Origin: Patescibacteria group bacterium
Lineage (GTDB): Bacteria > Patescibacteriota > Gracilibacteria > UBA1369 > PNNO01
Direction of reading: 5' to 3'
NCBI GenBank assembly: GCA_042568575.1
Contig: JBHPIO010000006.1
Location: forward strand, 1 to 64,000
DNA: 64,000 nucleotides
The position numbers and the translations under genes were made by a program. A model generated the notes under the pieces. It ran no database searches, was not told the DNA's origin, and saw only the letters and a list, made by a program, of their open reading frames with translations. Below are positions 1 through 10,157 of the stretch, piece by piece (position 1 is the first letter of the stretch; every line of letters begins with the position of its first letter).

Positions 1-40
1 AAATCAGGAGGAGCCTGTTGAATTCTATTCCGAGGATGAA

Positions 41-745
41 ATGATAGATATAATAGCAGAATATCTATTTCAAGCTGATGATGAAGGTTTCTTTAAGTTA
101 GATGAAGTAAATGTCGGATTATTCAGAGTTGAAGGAGATATTTACGGGACAGTAGATGCCTGGGCTGAAAAAATTCACACAAGTTCGAAGACAGATGTTG
201 CTGTAATAAAAAAAGTACTAACCGAAAAGCTTGTTGGCACTAAATATGCAGCAATTCCGGGAATAACATATTCAGGTGAGATTCAAAAAAATGCGTTCTA
301 CTCTCAAAGAGATGTATTTACTGCATGTACTGAGTTTAAAAATCCTTTTGATAGAGAAGATAAAGAGTTATACAAAAGCCGGGAAACATTAACTCCTCAC
401 CAAAAGAGAGTCTTCGGACATTTTCTTGGTTCAGATTCAGAATTAGCAAATGAAAGAGAGATAACAAGTGCCATGGACCAACTACATTTACTACTGCAAA
501 AAAAGGATGAATTGGCTCATAGGGTTAATATAGGATCAATAAAGCATCCTGCATTGGCGGAAGACACCGTATATGTTATTCCGCCGCAATATAAAGATAT
601 ATATAGATTACTTGAAAAAAACACAGGCATTAGAATATATGAAGAAGAAGTTTTTGCTTTCCTTGAAAACAGAGGTCTTGTTAAACTAGTCGCAAGTGAA
701 CTTTCACCTCTTTCCGAAGATAAGGATGAAGAGTGGAATGATTAA
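41..745 (+). CDS. hypothetical protein (234 aa)
   Basis: Long ORF from the track; no motif recognised. Confidence 0.6.
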   Translation: MIDIIAEYLFQADDEGFFKLDEVNVGLFRVEGDIYGTVDAWAEKIHTSSKTDVAVIKKVLTEKLVGTKYAAIPGITYSGEIQKNAFYSQRDVFTACTEFKNPFDREDKELYKSRETLTPHQKRVFGHFLGSDSELANEREITSAMDQLHLLLQKKDELAHRVNIGSIKHPALAEDTVYVIPPQYKDIYRLLEKNTGIRIYEEEVFAFLENRGLVKLVASELSPLSEDKDEEWND

Positions 746-766
746 TTACATTTTTTAAAAGCTCTT

Positions 767-796
767 TGGAGCTCCCTCCTGGACACTAATCGAACC
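767..796 (-). repeat. degenerate tRNA-Gly 3'-end-like site (possible att remnant)
   Basis: Plus-strand TGGAGC-n16-ATCGAACC matches both ends of TGGAGC-n11-ATCGAACC at the tRNA-Gly 3' end (3185-3209). Confidence 0.35.
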
Positions 797-808
797 TGTT
801 AGATTGGC

Positions 809-1543
809 TTATTCTGCCTGTTCCCAAATTATTTTCCACATTGAAAGCAATGTTTGCGAGATTCCCCTATCTTCAATTATTACACCAGCATAGGGACGTT
901 TAAAACTTAATAAGGCAACTTTGTCACCAAAAATATTAATCTCTGTTTCAAATTCAACTTTTTTAACGTATCGAACCTCGCGTAACTGTTCTTTCCCAAC
1001 CAATTCTGCTTTTTTTGCATTAGGACCTTCTTTTGCAATTGAAAAAACCTCAATATTACTTGAAGCTCTTTTTCTCGCATAATCCCACATCCACTTTTCG
1101 TCCATTGTTTCAAACATTTTTTCATAATCTGAAATTAAATAAATAGTCTTCTTTTCTTTTAATGTATCTTCATATACTTTTTTTAAGCCTTGAATGCCAT
1201 CGTAAAAAAGAACTTTAGATTTTTCTGCAGGTAAATTATAAATACTCAAAAACTCAGGAAGTATATCTTCTAATTTCTTCTTTTGAGCATCAACTTTAGC
1301 AAGTAAAGAGTTAGGGTCTTCTGCTATTAAAAGTTGTATTTTGTTCTTTTGAATTACAGTAATAAATCCTTTTGACTTAAGATCTTCAAGAAAATTATAA
1401 ATACTGGTCCTTTTTATCTTAGCCTTATCTGCAACTTCTTGGATAGTAGCACTACCAAGTTCAAGACAAGCCAAGTAGACCTTTGACTCTTTTTCGGTTA
1501 AACCCAAATGTTGAAGAATTTTAATTAATTTTGCAGTTCTCAT
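809..1543 (-). CDS. TrmB-family transcriptional regulator
   Basis: N-terminal LGLTEKESKVYLACLELG...IKRTSIYNFLEDLKSKGF wHTH; C-terminal YDGIQGLK...EINIFGDKVALLS effector-binding domain. Confidence 0.9.
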   Translation of the reverse strand: MRTAKLIKILQHLGLTEKESKVYLACLELGSATIQEVADKAKIKRTSIYNFLEDLKSKGFITVIQKNKIQLLIAEDPNSLLAKVDAQKKKLEDILPEFLSIYNLPAEKSKVLFYDGIQGLKKVYEDTLKEKKTIYLISDYEKMFETMDEKWMWDYARKRASSNIEVFSIAKEGPNAKKAELVGKEQLREVRYVKKVEFETEINIFGDKVALLSFKRPYAGVIIEDRGISQTLLSMWKIIWEQAE

Positions 1544-1734
1544 ATGTGTTCCAATTGGTCATTTGTCTATATTATAGACAATAACACAAAACGTTTTTAT
1601 GTGCAATTTGAGCTTACTGTGCGAGTTTTTTTGATAATATAATTATACTCTGGCATAAGTCGGCGTCTAGTTATTTGACGTACCTACATATAGTTATTAT
1701 GATTTTGTCTTAATTATTTTTAACACAATTTATT

Positions 1735-2979
1735 ATGAGTAAAAGAAGTGAAATAAGTGATCTCAGAGATGAAGAACGTAGGATTAAAAAAATTCTGGAG
1801 CCCTTGAGAGAGAGCAATGAGACGTGGGAATTGGATGAAACATATATGGATCCAGCCGAACGCAGAAGAATAAAGCAATCGAGATATGAACAACGTTTAA
1901 GTGAAGTACGAAGGGAACGTGAAAAACGTGAAGAACGTAGGAATGAAGAAAGTAAAAATACTAATTTAGTATCTCCTGGTGATTATAATGGGGTAGATAT
2001 GCGACCTCATTTTGATTCGGACGAAGATCAATTGAATTATGATGCAAAGGGGTTAATCGAGATTACTAAAAGAATTGTAGGTAATGTAGAAGTCACTACT
2101 GACCAAGTTATGTTAGTCTTGCAAAGAAAAGATGACGATCCTCAACAATTAAGAATAGCAGTTGATAAAATTCTTAGTGAAAAGTTTGTACCTACACTTG
2201 GAGTTGATAAAGTAATAGCAGATCACTCACATTTTGAAGAGACACTTCCTCCCGAAATTGCAGATGAACTTATTGACAGTGTAGTAAAAAAATTCATAGT
2301 AAATTCAAAAAAATATTATAATAAAGAGATATATTTATTAAATCCTACCCTTGCAAAGGCGTATTATGGAATAATATTTCATTATCCTGGAGAAGCAAAG
2401 AAATTCCCTAGAGGCCGTTATCCTTATCCTGGTATTAGTTTAGATAAAATTACTGATAGGTTAACCTGGGCAAAAGAAAATGCTCCAAAAAAACTATGGT
2501 CACTATTCCTTATGAAAGAAACCGGTGGTGAACCTGATATTGCATCCTATGATGATGAAACGCAACAGCTAGAATTTATGGATTGCTCGTGTGAAACACC
2601 ATCGGGTCGAACAAATGTATGTTACGATGAATATGGAGAAAACCTTGCAAGAGAAAGCGGGAAATCCCCTAATGGAAATGCTGTTTGTCTAGCAGAAAAA
2701 ATGGGGGTTGAACTGATTACCGAAGAAGACGTTATTCGCTATAGGTATTTCGGTGGACGATATGATTTCAACAATACATACTCCTATATTCATAGTCCCA
2801 ATATAATAGATGCCCCAGATCCTGATCGTAAAGGCAAGCCACTTCATAGTTTTTGGAAACGACCATGGGCAGAAGGGGAAAATAATGAGAAAGAGGACTA
2901 TGGGTACATGTCAGTAAATACGATGGAGAGAGCAACGTGTTGGCCAGTATTAGGATTTCGCGCTAAACTATTGATTTAA
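1735..2979 (+). CDS. DUF4256-like protein with long charged N-terminal extension
   Basis: C-terminal KLWSLFLMKETGGEPD...FMDCSCETPSGRTNVCYD...AEKMGVELITEE resembles DUF4256; N-terminus is an E/R-rich coiled coil. Confidence 0.7.
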   Translation: MSKRSEISDLRDEERRIKKILEPLRESNETWELDETYMDPAERRRIKQSRYEQRLSEVRREREKREERRNEESKNTNLVSPGDYNGVDMRPHFDSDEDQLNYDAKGLIEITKRIVGNVEVTTDQVMLVLQRKDDDPQQLRIAVDKILSEKFVPTLGVDKVIADHSHFEETLPPEIADELIDSVVKKFIVNSKKYYNKEIYLLNPTLAKAYYGIIFHYPGEAKKFPRGRYPYPGISLDKITDRLTWAKENAPKKLWSLFLMKETGGEPDIASYDDETQQLEFMDCSCETPSGRTNVCYDEYGENLARESGKSPNGNAVCLAEKMGVELITEEDVIRYRYFGGRYDFNNTYSYIHSPNIIDAPDPDRKGKPLHSFWKRPWAEGENNEKEDYGYMSVNTMERATCWPVLGFRAKLLI

Positions 2980-2990
2980 AATTTGGATCT

Positions 2991-3149
2991 TGGATTCAGC
3001 AACGGGGATTCGCACTACGCTTCGCTCCGTCGCACTACGCTTCGCTCCGTCGTACTCGCTCAACCTGTTCAATCAGTCGCAAGCTCCTTCTTCACAGCTT
3101 GATCTAGCAAACCCTACGGCTGCGCTCGGCCGTCGTCCCATCCACAATC
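2991..3149 (-). repeat. tRNA-linked repeat: partial tRNA 3'-end copy plus 2x20-bp tandem repeat and hairpins
   Basis: TGGAttcaGCAACGGGGAT (2991-3009) matches tRNA end TGGAgcggGCAACGGGGAT; CGCACTACGCTTCGCTCCGT is exactly duplicated at 3011-3030 and 3031-3050. Confidence 0.75.
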
Positions 3150-3181
3150 AAAAAAAGCTAGGCCCAAGGCCTATCTTTTTT
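3150..3181 (-). terminator. rho-independent terminator downstream of tRNA-Gly (likely bidirectional)
   Basis: A-tract, TAGGCC-caa-GGCCTA hairpin, T-tract. Confidence 0.75.
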
Positions 3182-3184
3182 CAA

Positions 3185-3259
<75 letters not shown>

Positions 3260-3335
3260 GCATTCAGTAATGAAAATTCATACTTGAAAGGCAAAGAGAA
3301 TTATAACGAATCCCTGAAAAATTTCAAATCAATTT

Positions 3336-4739
3336 TTACTCCGGTAATTCGAAGATGTCTCCTGGGGCTGGCATTTCAACATTTTTGTAGCCATTTTCCG
3401 CGAGGACGTTTTTGAATTTGAATCCTTGATCTTTTTCTCCGTGGACTAGGAATATCTTTTTCAGACCATCAATGCGTCCGACGTAATCAAGTAAGTCGCT
3501 TCTGTCTGCGTGAGCTGAAAATGCATTAATACAATTTACTTCTGCTCGGAGTCTGTATTCTTCTCCAAAGATTTTAACTATCTTGTGTTTATCAACAAGT
3601 TTACGACCAAGAGTGTGTTCCGCCTGATATCCAACTATCAAAACGCTATTTTTTGGATCTTCAATATTATTCTTTAGATGATGCAAAATTCGTCCGAACT
3701 CACACATCCCAGAAGCCGAAATGATTATACATGGCCCCTGATAATGGTTAAGCGCCTTTGAATCTTTAACATCACTTATATACTTTAATTGTCCAAAACC
3801 AAACGGATTTAAACGATTATCGATAAACTCCCTATAAGTTTCTTTATCAAAACATTCAGGATGATTTGCAAACACTTCAGTTACGTTTCCCGAAAGCGGA
3901 CTATCAACAAAAATCGGTAAATTCGGAATCCGTTCGTGCTTTATTGCAACGTTTAATCTGTAAACAATTTCCTGTGTTCTTCCAACCGAAAAAGCCGGAA
4001 TTATTAACTTTCCGCCCCTTTTATATGTGTCATTAGTGAATTCAATAAGCTGATTATCCGCATCAGTAACTGATTCATGAAGCCTATCTCCATATGTACA
4101 TTCTGTAATAAAGTATTCTGTTTCTGGAATAACTCGAGGATCTCTTAAAAGTGGAATATTCTTCCGTCCAAGATCTCCTGTAAATCCGATTGTAGTTCTT
4201 TTGTCAGTTTCTTTATCGTGAATTACTAGATGAACTAAAGCAGAACCCAAGATATGACCTGCATCGTAGAAACATGCAGCAAGAGCATTCTCAACTACAA
4301 AAGTCCGATCGTATCCAACTCCATGAAACTGATTTAACGCCTGTTGCGCATCTTCCAAAGTATAAAGAGGCTCAATTGGATCCTCACCTTTTTTAAGTTT
4401 CTTCGCATTGTAATATTCCGCTTCCCTCTCCTGAATGTACGCACTATCTGCAAGCATGTGATTACATAAATCACGAGTCGCATGAGTAGAATAAATTGGA
4501 CCTCTAAAGCCTTTCTTTACAAGAAGAGGCAAAAGTCCACTATGATCGATATGTGCATGAGAAAGAATAACTGCATCAATTTCCGCAGGATTAAAAGGGA
4601 AATTCATATTTTTCTCTTTCGAAATTTTACGTCGACCCTGGAACATTCCGCAGTCTAAAAGGATCTTCTTTCCGTTAACGTGAAGAAGATGTTTTGATCC
4701 GGTTACTTCCTGAGCAGCACCGACAAATTCAAGTTTCAT
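3336..4739 (-). CDS. metallo-beta-lactamase / beta-CASP RNA-processing hydrolase
   Basis: GAAQEVTGS, DCGMFQG, SHAHIDHSG, DAGHILGS, ECTYGDR, SASGM and FSAHAD...VHGE motifs. Confidence 0.95.
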   Translation of the reverse strand: MKLEFVGAAQEVTGSKHLLHVNGKKILLDCGMFQGRRKISKEKNMNFPFNPAEIDAVILSHAHIDHSGLLPLLVKKGFRGPIYSTHATRDLCNHMLADSAYIQEREAEYYNAKKLKKGEDPIEPLYTLEDAQQALNQFHGVGYDRTFVVENALAACFYDAGHILGSALVHLVIHDKETDKRTTIGFTGDLGRKNIPLLRDPRVIPETEYFITECTYGDRLHESVTDADNQLIEFTNDTYKRGGKLIIPAFSVGRTQEIVYRLNVAIKHERIPNLPIFVDSPLSGNVTEVFANHPECFDKETYREFIDNRLNPFGFGQLKYISDVKDSKALNHYQGPCIIISASGMCEFGRILHHLKNNIEDPKNSVLIVGYQAEHTLGRKLVDKHKIVKIFGEEYRLRAEVNCINAFSAHADRSDLLDYVGRIDGLKKIFLVHGEKDQGFKFKNVLAENGYKNVEMPAPGDIFELPE

Positions 4740-4869
4740 ATTAAAAAGTGTTTATGTTTTTATATATTTTACCATATTTTCGGGGAAAACTCAAAGGGGC
4801 ACAGTGCTATATCACTCTTTAACAAAGAGGTGTTTTATGCTATAATTAAGGGAATTATTAACGCTCGAT

Positions 4870-7101
4870 ATGCCTGGAGGAACAGAAATTTTTCATCCGA
4901 AGCGTTCTGCGGCGGAAATAGCTAAAGAACGTCGTGATAACAAAAAGGCTAAAGTTAAAGACGCATCTAAACAAATGCGTGCTGAGTTCAACAAACAATT
5001 CCCTATAGGTAGAAAAGTAGAATTAATGCCAAACGAAGTTCAGAAGATGTTTAAGGACATCAGGCATTACAAAAAAGAGCCATGGGCTGCCAAGTTTTAC
5101 CTCGACTTATTGAAACTTAATGGTGCTAAAGATCTATTTGGTAAAAACGCTGAATTCGCTTTTAAGTATTTTAAAGATTATAAAGATATGCCGTGGGCTG
5201 GAAAGGTTCTTATGGCAGCTGCAAGAATTAATACAGTCTTTCCATGTAAATATTATAAAGAATACGTTGGCTTGAAGTATAACGGGGTATATTTGGATGA
5301 GAAAATACTCACTTATATAGCCAAGACAAGCCCGAATGACATAATTCGTGTTATGTTCTTTAACGATAAATTTCCAAAACGTCTTACAAAAATAATTCTT
5401 CCGATTACAGCAAAAACAGAAAAAATGGGCAACACTCTTAGTATCATTTTAAGAAAGTACAAAAAAGAAGCCTGGGTAGTTCCCGTTATAAGAACGTTTG
5501 CAAAACACAACAAATCTTCTACTTGTTTTTACATGTTAAGATACTTCAAAGATATGTGGTATGCGGAGGAAATTCTCGAAATTGCCAGTAAGAATATTAA
5601 AGCTGGCACTAGTTTCGTATTCGGAATGCTATATATGGGAAAGAAGTTTAAAAAATTCAAACTTAGAAAAGGAAAGAAATACATGATCATGGCTGCACAA
5701 GTAGCATCTGAACATTTATTTCAAGAGTTCAAAAAGATATCAAAAGATATGCCAAAAGAATGGCTTAGAGATGTTTGTATTGCCGCAGCAAAAAGCAAAC
5801 CTGAATATGCTTTAGAATACGTTAAAAATTTAAAAGGAAATGTATCTTTAGCAGAAGATATACTAATAATCGCTGCTCAAGCTAAACCTGAATTAGCATT
5901 TAAAAACTTCGAGAAATATATGAAGCTTTTCCCTTGGAGTGGAGACATCCTCTCGATTGCAGGAAATCTTTTGCCAAAATCATCAAACATATATTTTTCG
6001 ACAAAATACGGAAAATATGTTCGTAAATATGTAAAAAATCAGATTGTTCGTGACGAATTGCTACCACGATTTAAAAAGGCAGGAGAAATTGCAGATGTGC
6101 TACTACAAAAACAATATCAATCAGATCAAAGACGACCAAGCAAAAAACGTTTAGGGAAAGATAAAATCAAAGATTGGTTCTCAAGTGATAAAGGCCTTAA
6201 GTATGTTCTAGATATTCATCCAAACTGGATTATTCCAAAACCTTCGTCAAAATATATTCTTTTTCAATATATCGTAATGATCTCAAGAAATCTTTATGTA
6301 GAAGGAAAAAAACTTACGAAAAAGAATGTCCAATTAGAATATAAAAGAATACTTGAATATAGAAGAAGATATGCCAAAGTCCCTCTTTTTCAAGGAAGAG
6401 ACATACTCTTTGTAGCTGATTTTGAAAAATACAAAAATGGGACCAATCGTTTTGGGAAGAAAGCCACTTTAGATGCAATTAGAGGACAAGGGGGCAAAGT
6501 GGATTTCATAAAACCCAAACCATCAATAGCATCATTAAAGCAAAAAAAACAAGATATCTTAGATAAAATCGCAAACACACGTAAATTAACATTTTTACAC
6601 GATGGTCACGGTGAAACAAACGAGCTTGTTTTAGGTAAAGTAAATGGCAAAGATGTATCTATTGGTTATTATGCTTTAGCGCTTGCGTTCATTAAAAGGC
6701 AAAAGAAATTCCCTAATGAAAAATCTGTTCCAATAATGATTTTGACTTCTTGTAAATCAAGTAGTTTTGCAAAGAATTTCCTTAGATATGCAAAATCCCG
6801 ATATAAAGATTTTAAACCACCAATTATTTTGACAGGATCTGAACACAATCTATATGGATATTCTCATAGTAAATCTCAATATGGAGACATGTTCTTTGAA
6901 AACATCCTTGAATTAAACAAAAAAGGACAAACCACAACATTCGGAACAGTTATGCGAAATGAGTTAAAAGGTCAATCAAACCCTTGTCTATACATACCAG
7001 GCAAATCAAATGGAAGTGTAAAAAGTATTAGCTCCAAGCCAACTGAAGTACGACAAATTTCTAAAAAGACTACTCCAAAGAAGCGTAAAGCTAACGCGTA
7101 A
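4870..7101 (+). CDS. Lys-rich helical-repeat protein with putative C-terminal clan CD (caspase/gingipain-like) peptidase domain
   Basis: Repeats such as KDMPWAGKVLMAAA, KDMWYAEEILEIAS, SLAEDILIIAAQAKPE; C-terminal FLHDGHG (H580) and IMILTSC (C628). Confidence 0.55.
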   Translation: MPGGTEIFHPKRSAAEIAKERRDNKKAKVKDASKQMRAEFNKQFPIGRKVELMPNEVQKMFKDIRHYKKEPWAAKFYLDLLKLNGAKDLFGKNAEFAFKYFKDYKDMPWAGKVLMAAARINTVFPCKYYKEYVGLKYNGVYLDEKILTYIAKTSPNDIIRVMFFNDKFPKRLTKIILPITAKTEKMGNTLSIILRKYKKEAWVVPVIRTFAKHNKSSTCFYMLRYFKDMWYAEEILEIASKNIKAGTSFVFGMLYMGKKFKKFKLRKGKKYMIMAAQVASEHLFQEFKKISKDMPKEWLRDVCIAAAKSKPEYALEYVKNLKGNVSLAEDILIIAAQAKPELAFKNFEKYMKLFPWSGDILSIAGNLLPKSSNIYFSTKYGKYVRKYVKNQIVRDELLPRFKKAGEIADVLLQKQYQSDQRRPSKKRLGKDKIKDWFSSDKGLKYVLDIHPNWIIPKPSSKYILFQYIVMISRNLYVEGKKLTKKNVQLEYKRILEYRRRYAKVPLFQGRDILFVADFEKYKNGTNRFGKKATLDAIRGQGGKVDFIKPKPSIASLKQKKQDILDKIANTRKLTFLHDGHGETNELVLGKVNGKDVSIGYYALALAFIKRQKKFPNEKSVPIMILTSCKSSSFAKNFLRYAKSRYKDFKPPIILTGSEHNLYGYSHSKSQYGDMFFENILELNKKGQTTTFGTVMRNELKGQSNPCLYIPGKSNGSVKSISSKPTEVRQISKKTTPKKRKANA

Positions 7102-8797
7102 TTTCAATCTTCCCTTCTCTAATCTGCGCCGCAAGGCTTTCATCATAGGCTCCCCACGAAAGAAACTTCTCCAAGAATGATGCCTTATTGCCCTCACTCA
7201 TAAATTCCGGCTGGCTGTTTGGAATCGCATACGGATACAAATAAATCACTGTTCGATCTTTTTCAAAAATCGTACCGATCGCAAGACCTTCCTGCGTATC
7301 TTGTGAGAAATATTGATCGAATACGAAATTCCCTAAACTATAAAAAACAGGAACACCGTTGTAAATTTCCATTGTCTGAACCACATGTGGATGATGACCA
7401 ATTACCAAATCCGCGCCAGCATCAACAAACCCGTGAGCCAGCTCTATTTTTCGATTTGTCGGAGTATGCTTATATTCTGCTCCCCAGTGAATCGAAATAA
7501 TAACGTAATCGTTTTCCTCTTTTAACTGCCGAATGTTTGCTGCGGAGTCTTCTACATTTACTTTGAAAATCGTGTCATCATAACCGAGAAAAGCCACCTT
7601 AGACCCTGAGATTTCCGAAACATGAACATTCTCTTCGTGAGTGTTTTTTGGATGACCAAAATACGTAACGCCGCCTGCTTCAAGAAATCGCTTTGTATCA
7701 TCACGACCTCCCCAACCTTGATCTAGCGCGTGATTATTCGCAATGCTCACGATTGTAATCCCGGCATCCTTTACTACCTGAACAACATCTGGCTTAAATC
7801 TGAACGAAATCGACTTACTTGTCGCAACTGGAAACTCTTTAATTGGACCTTCGAAATTGGCAAACACATGATCGGTTCCTCCAATATCACCCGCAATTTT
7901 TTGAAAAGGATAGTTGAGGCCATGCTTATCCATTAGTGAACGAACCGCACGATCCAGCATTACATCGCCAAAGCCAAGTAGAGTTACTCGCTCCATTTTT
8001 TCGGGTGCGTCTTCCTTTGTATAGTAAACAAAATTATTTTTGAAAACCGGATTTTTCGCCTGATTGAAATGGAAATAATAGAGCGCAGTTTTTATTGCAA
8101 GCACACTATCTGTCTTCAAATTTTTAATCGTAGAGATATCAAAGTTGTGGAATGCACGCTCCTGAGTCGACATCTGCAATTCCTTCATATTTGGATCGCT
8201 GGATGGAGACTCCTTATTTATCGCGATAACAAAAACAGATTTATTTGATTCTCCAACTATTTTTTTAAGCAATCTTGATAATTTATAAGCATCGAGTGAT
8301 GCTGTTTCACTTGTTAAAACAATCGGCACAATTCGTGCATTTTTAAAACTATATTTGATTGAAGTTACCAGAGGCGTTGAAGCCGAGAAGCTATAAAAGT
8401 CTTCACTCGCCAGAGTTATATAATCAGTCTCTAAAAGCTTATCCACAAACTCACTATCACACTCAACTTCTCCAAAAATGGTTTTATATCCATTCTTGTG
8501 CGTAATTATTGGTTCTACTGTAATCGGAGCAGTTATAAAGTCCGTCTCATCAATAATCACAAACGTTTTTGGGTTTTCAAGCTCCTTAATTTCTGCAAAA
8601 TATTCATTAATTTCATTTGGACTATTTGGATCATAAGGAATAATCCCGCCAAAAACATCCTGGTGAATCTCGACTACTTGCGGCGCAAGCAAAACATCCA
8701 CCTTCACATCCTTCACATACGAACCAAATCCAAAAAGAATGATCAGTAAAAATATGCCGAGTGCGTAAATCCCAAATTGTAAATCAAACCTTTTCAT
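7091..8797 (-). CDS. CapA-family metallophosphoesterase with N-terminal TM and degenerate MEMO/AmmeMemoRadiSam-B-like domain
   Basis: GDVMLDR, ANFEGP, SIANNHALDQG, IHWGAEY, GHHPHV, YSLGNFVFDQ; N-half has GGIIPY, IKYSFKNARIVPIVL. Confidence 0.85.
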   Translation of the reverse strand: MKRFDLQFGIYALGIFLLIILFGFGSYVKDVKVDVLLAPQVVEIHQDVFGGIIPYDPNSPNEINEYFAEIKELENPKTFVIIDETDFITAPITVEPIITHKNGYKTIFGEVECDSEFVDKLLETDYITLASEDFYSFSASTPLVTSIKYSFKNARIVPIVLTSETASLDAYKLSRLLKKIVGESNKSVFVIAINKESPSSDPNMKELQMSTQERAFHNFDISTIKNLKTDSVLAIKTALYYFHFNQAKNPVFKNNFVYYTKEDAPEKMERVTLLGFGDVMLDRAVRSLMDKHGLNYPFQKIAGDIGGTDHVFANFEGPIKEFPVATSKSISFRFKPDVVQVVKDAGITIVSIANNHALDQGWGGRDDTKRFLEAGGVTYFGHPKNTHEENVHVSEISGSKVAFLGYDDTIFKVNVEDSAANIRQLKEENDYVIISIHWGAEYKHTPTNRKIELAHGFVDAGADLVIGHHPHVVQTMEIYNGVPVFYSLGNFVFDQYFSQDTQEGLAIGTIFEKDRTVIYLYPYAIPNSQPEFMSEGNKASFLEKFLSWGAYDESLAAQIREGKIEITR

Positions 8798-8864
8798 AAA
8801 TGTTTTTTCCTAATCTGTTGCTGGTGTGAATGAGCAACCCGCTTGCATTGTGAGGGTTGCGAAA

Positions 8865-10157
8865 TCATTCCCGTAACAATTGTATGATTTTAGATGCCTC
8901 GGCTCTGGTTATCGGATCGTTCGGATAGAAATTTCCATCTTCACGACCTGAAACTATAAAGTCCAGATATGCCTGATTTATATAAGAAATTGCCCAGTGT
9001 CCGACTGAATCTTCGAATGCCCACTCGTCACTGGTATCCGGAACTTCAACTCCAAACGCAAGCATTGTGATTTTTAGCGCTTCTGCTCTTGTTACATTTT
9101 GCGCTGGGGCAAAAGTCGTTTCATCATATCCTTGAACAATCCCCTGCTTCCATGCCGCATACACCCAGTCAATCTGCCATCCATCCAAATCGTTGAATAG
9201 AAAGTTTTGATCATCTGGTGTTAAAGAAGCAATTCCCGCTGCCGATAACGACATTTTGGTTAACTCAGCTCGATTAATATTATCATTTGGATGGAATCCA
9301 CCATCGTCATATCCTTTTACAACTCCAACTTTAAATAGATCAATAATAAAAGTTTCCGCCCAATGTCCTGCGATATCATTAAAGATTACATCCGGTTCAT
9401 CCTTTGGAGCTAAATCAGGATCATCATTACACCCAACTGTTTCATTCCAATAAAATGCCTCTCCGCAATAACAACTTGGATTATCCGCGTCAGTAAGCGC
9501 TCCACTTGTATCCATACAAAGTTCATCAAGAATTTTGCTTTCCGTACAACCAACCACACTACTCCATTCGCTTCCACCTGGGCACGAACAATTCTCATTC
9601 AAAATTCCGCCCGTCCCAGTGCAAAGTTTCTCGTTCCAATAATCAGCCTCGTATTTTGGAATTTCTCTTTTGTCAGAAGGAGGTTCTACAGAGAAGTAAA
9701 CATATGAAGTTGGTTGATACGACCACGATTCATCTTCATAACCGTTAATGTATCCGTGCAGCAGATAAGTTCCCGGAGGAAGGATTGGGTATTGGTCTTC
9801 GTTTGGATCTAAAGTCCTTGTCCAAATTGCTTTTCTTGAATCTGGAATTGATATTTCAGTTGATGAAGGATCGCAATTCCTCGGATTCAAAAGATAATTA
9901 TAAATAGGTACCGAATAGTTCGATGTATCTATATTGAATGCATGTATCGTAAAACTCATCTGGCATCCTGTATCAAAAGAGAGCGGGACATCAAAACCCG
10001 TTGTATTTTCAGCTGCCAAAACTATCTGAATCGAATCTCCATATTCATACACAATTTGATCTGTTGAAGCAGACATTGTAAGGTTTGAAGCTGCGTATGC
10101 AGACGCTGTAAACGCAAAAAAGATCATCACAGATCCCAATAATCTATAAGTATTCAT
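8865..10157 (-). CDS. secreted SLH-domain protein with BsuPI-like Ig domain and two Cys-rich repeats
   Basis: Signal peptide (ASAYA); three SLH repeats (FNDIAGHWA...GYDDGGFHPNDNINRAE); N-terminal YEYGDSIQIVLAAENTT...LSFDTGCQ. Confidence 0.85.
   Translation of the reverse strand: MNTYRLLGSVMIFFAFTASAYAASNLTMSASTDQIVYEYGDSIQIVLAAENTTGFDVPLSFDTGCQMSFTIHAFNIDTSNYSVPIYNYLLNPRNCDPSSTEISIPDSRKAIWTRTLDPNEDQYPILPPGTYLLHGYINGYEDESWSYQPTSYVYFSVEPPSDKREIPKYEADYWNEKLCTGTGGILNENCSCPGGSEWSSVVGCTESKILDELCMDTSGALTDADNPSCYCGEAFYWNETVGCNDDPDLAPKDEPDVIFNDIAGHWAETFIIDLFKVGVVKGYDDGGFHPNDNINRAELTKMSLSAAGIASLTPDDQNFLFNDLDGWQIDWVYAAWKQGIVQGYDETTFAPAQNVTRAEALKITMLAFGVEVPDTSDEWAFEDSVGHWAISYINQAYLDFIVSGREDGNFYPNDPITRAEASKIIQLLRE

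Noticed and set aside
3011-3060. CRISPR array
   Set aside because: Only two adjacent 20-bp copies, no spacers, no cas genes in the window
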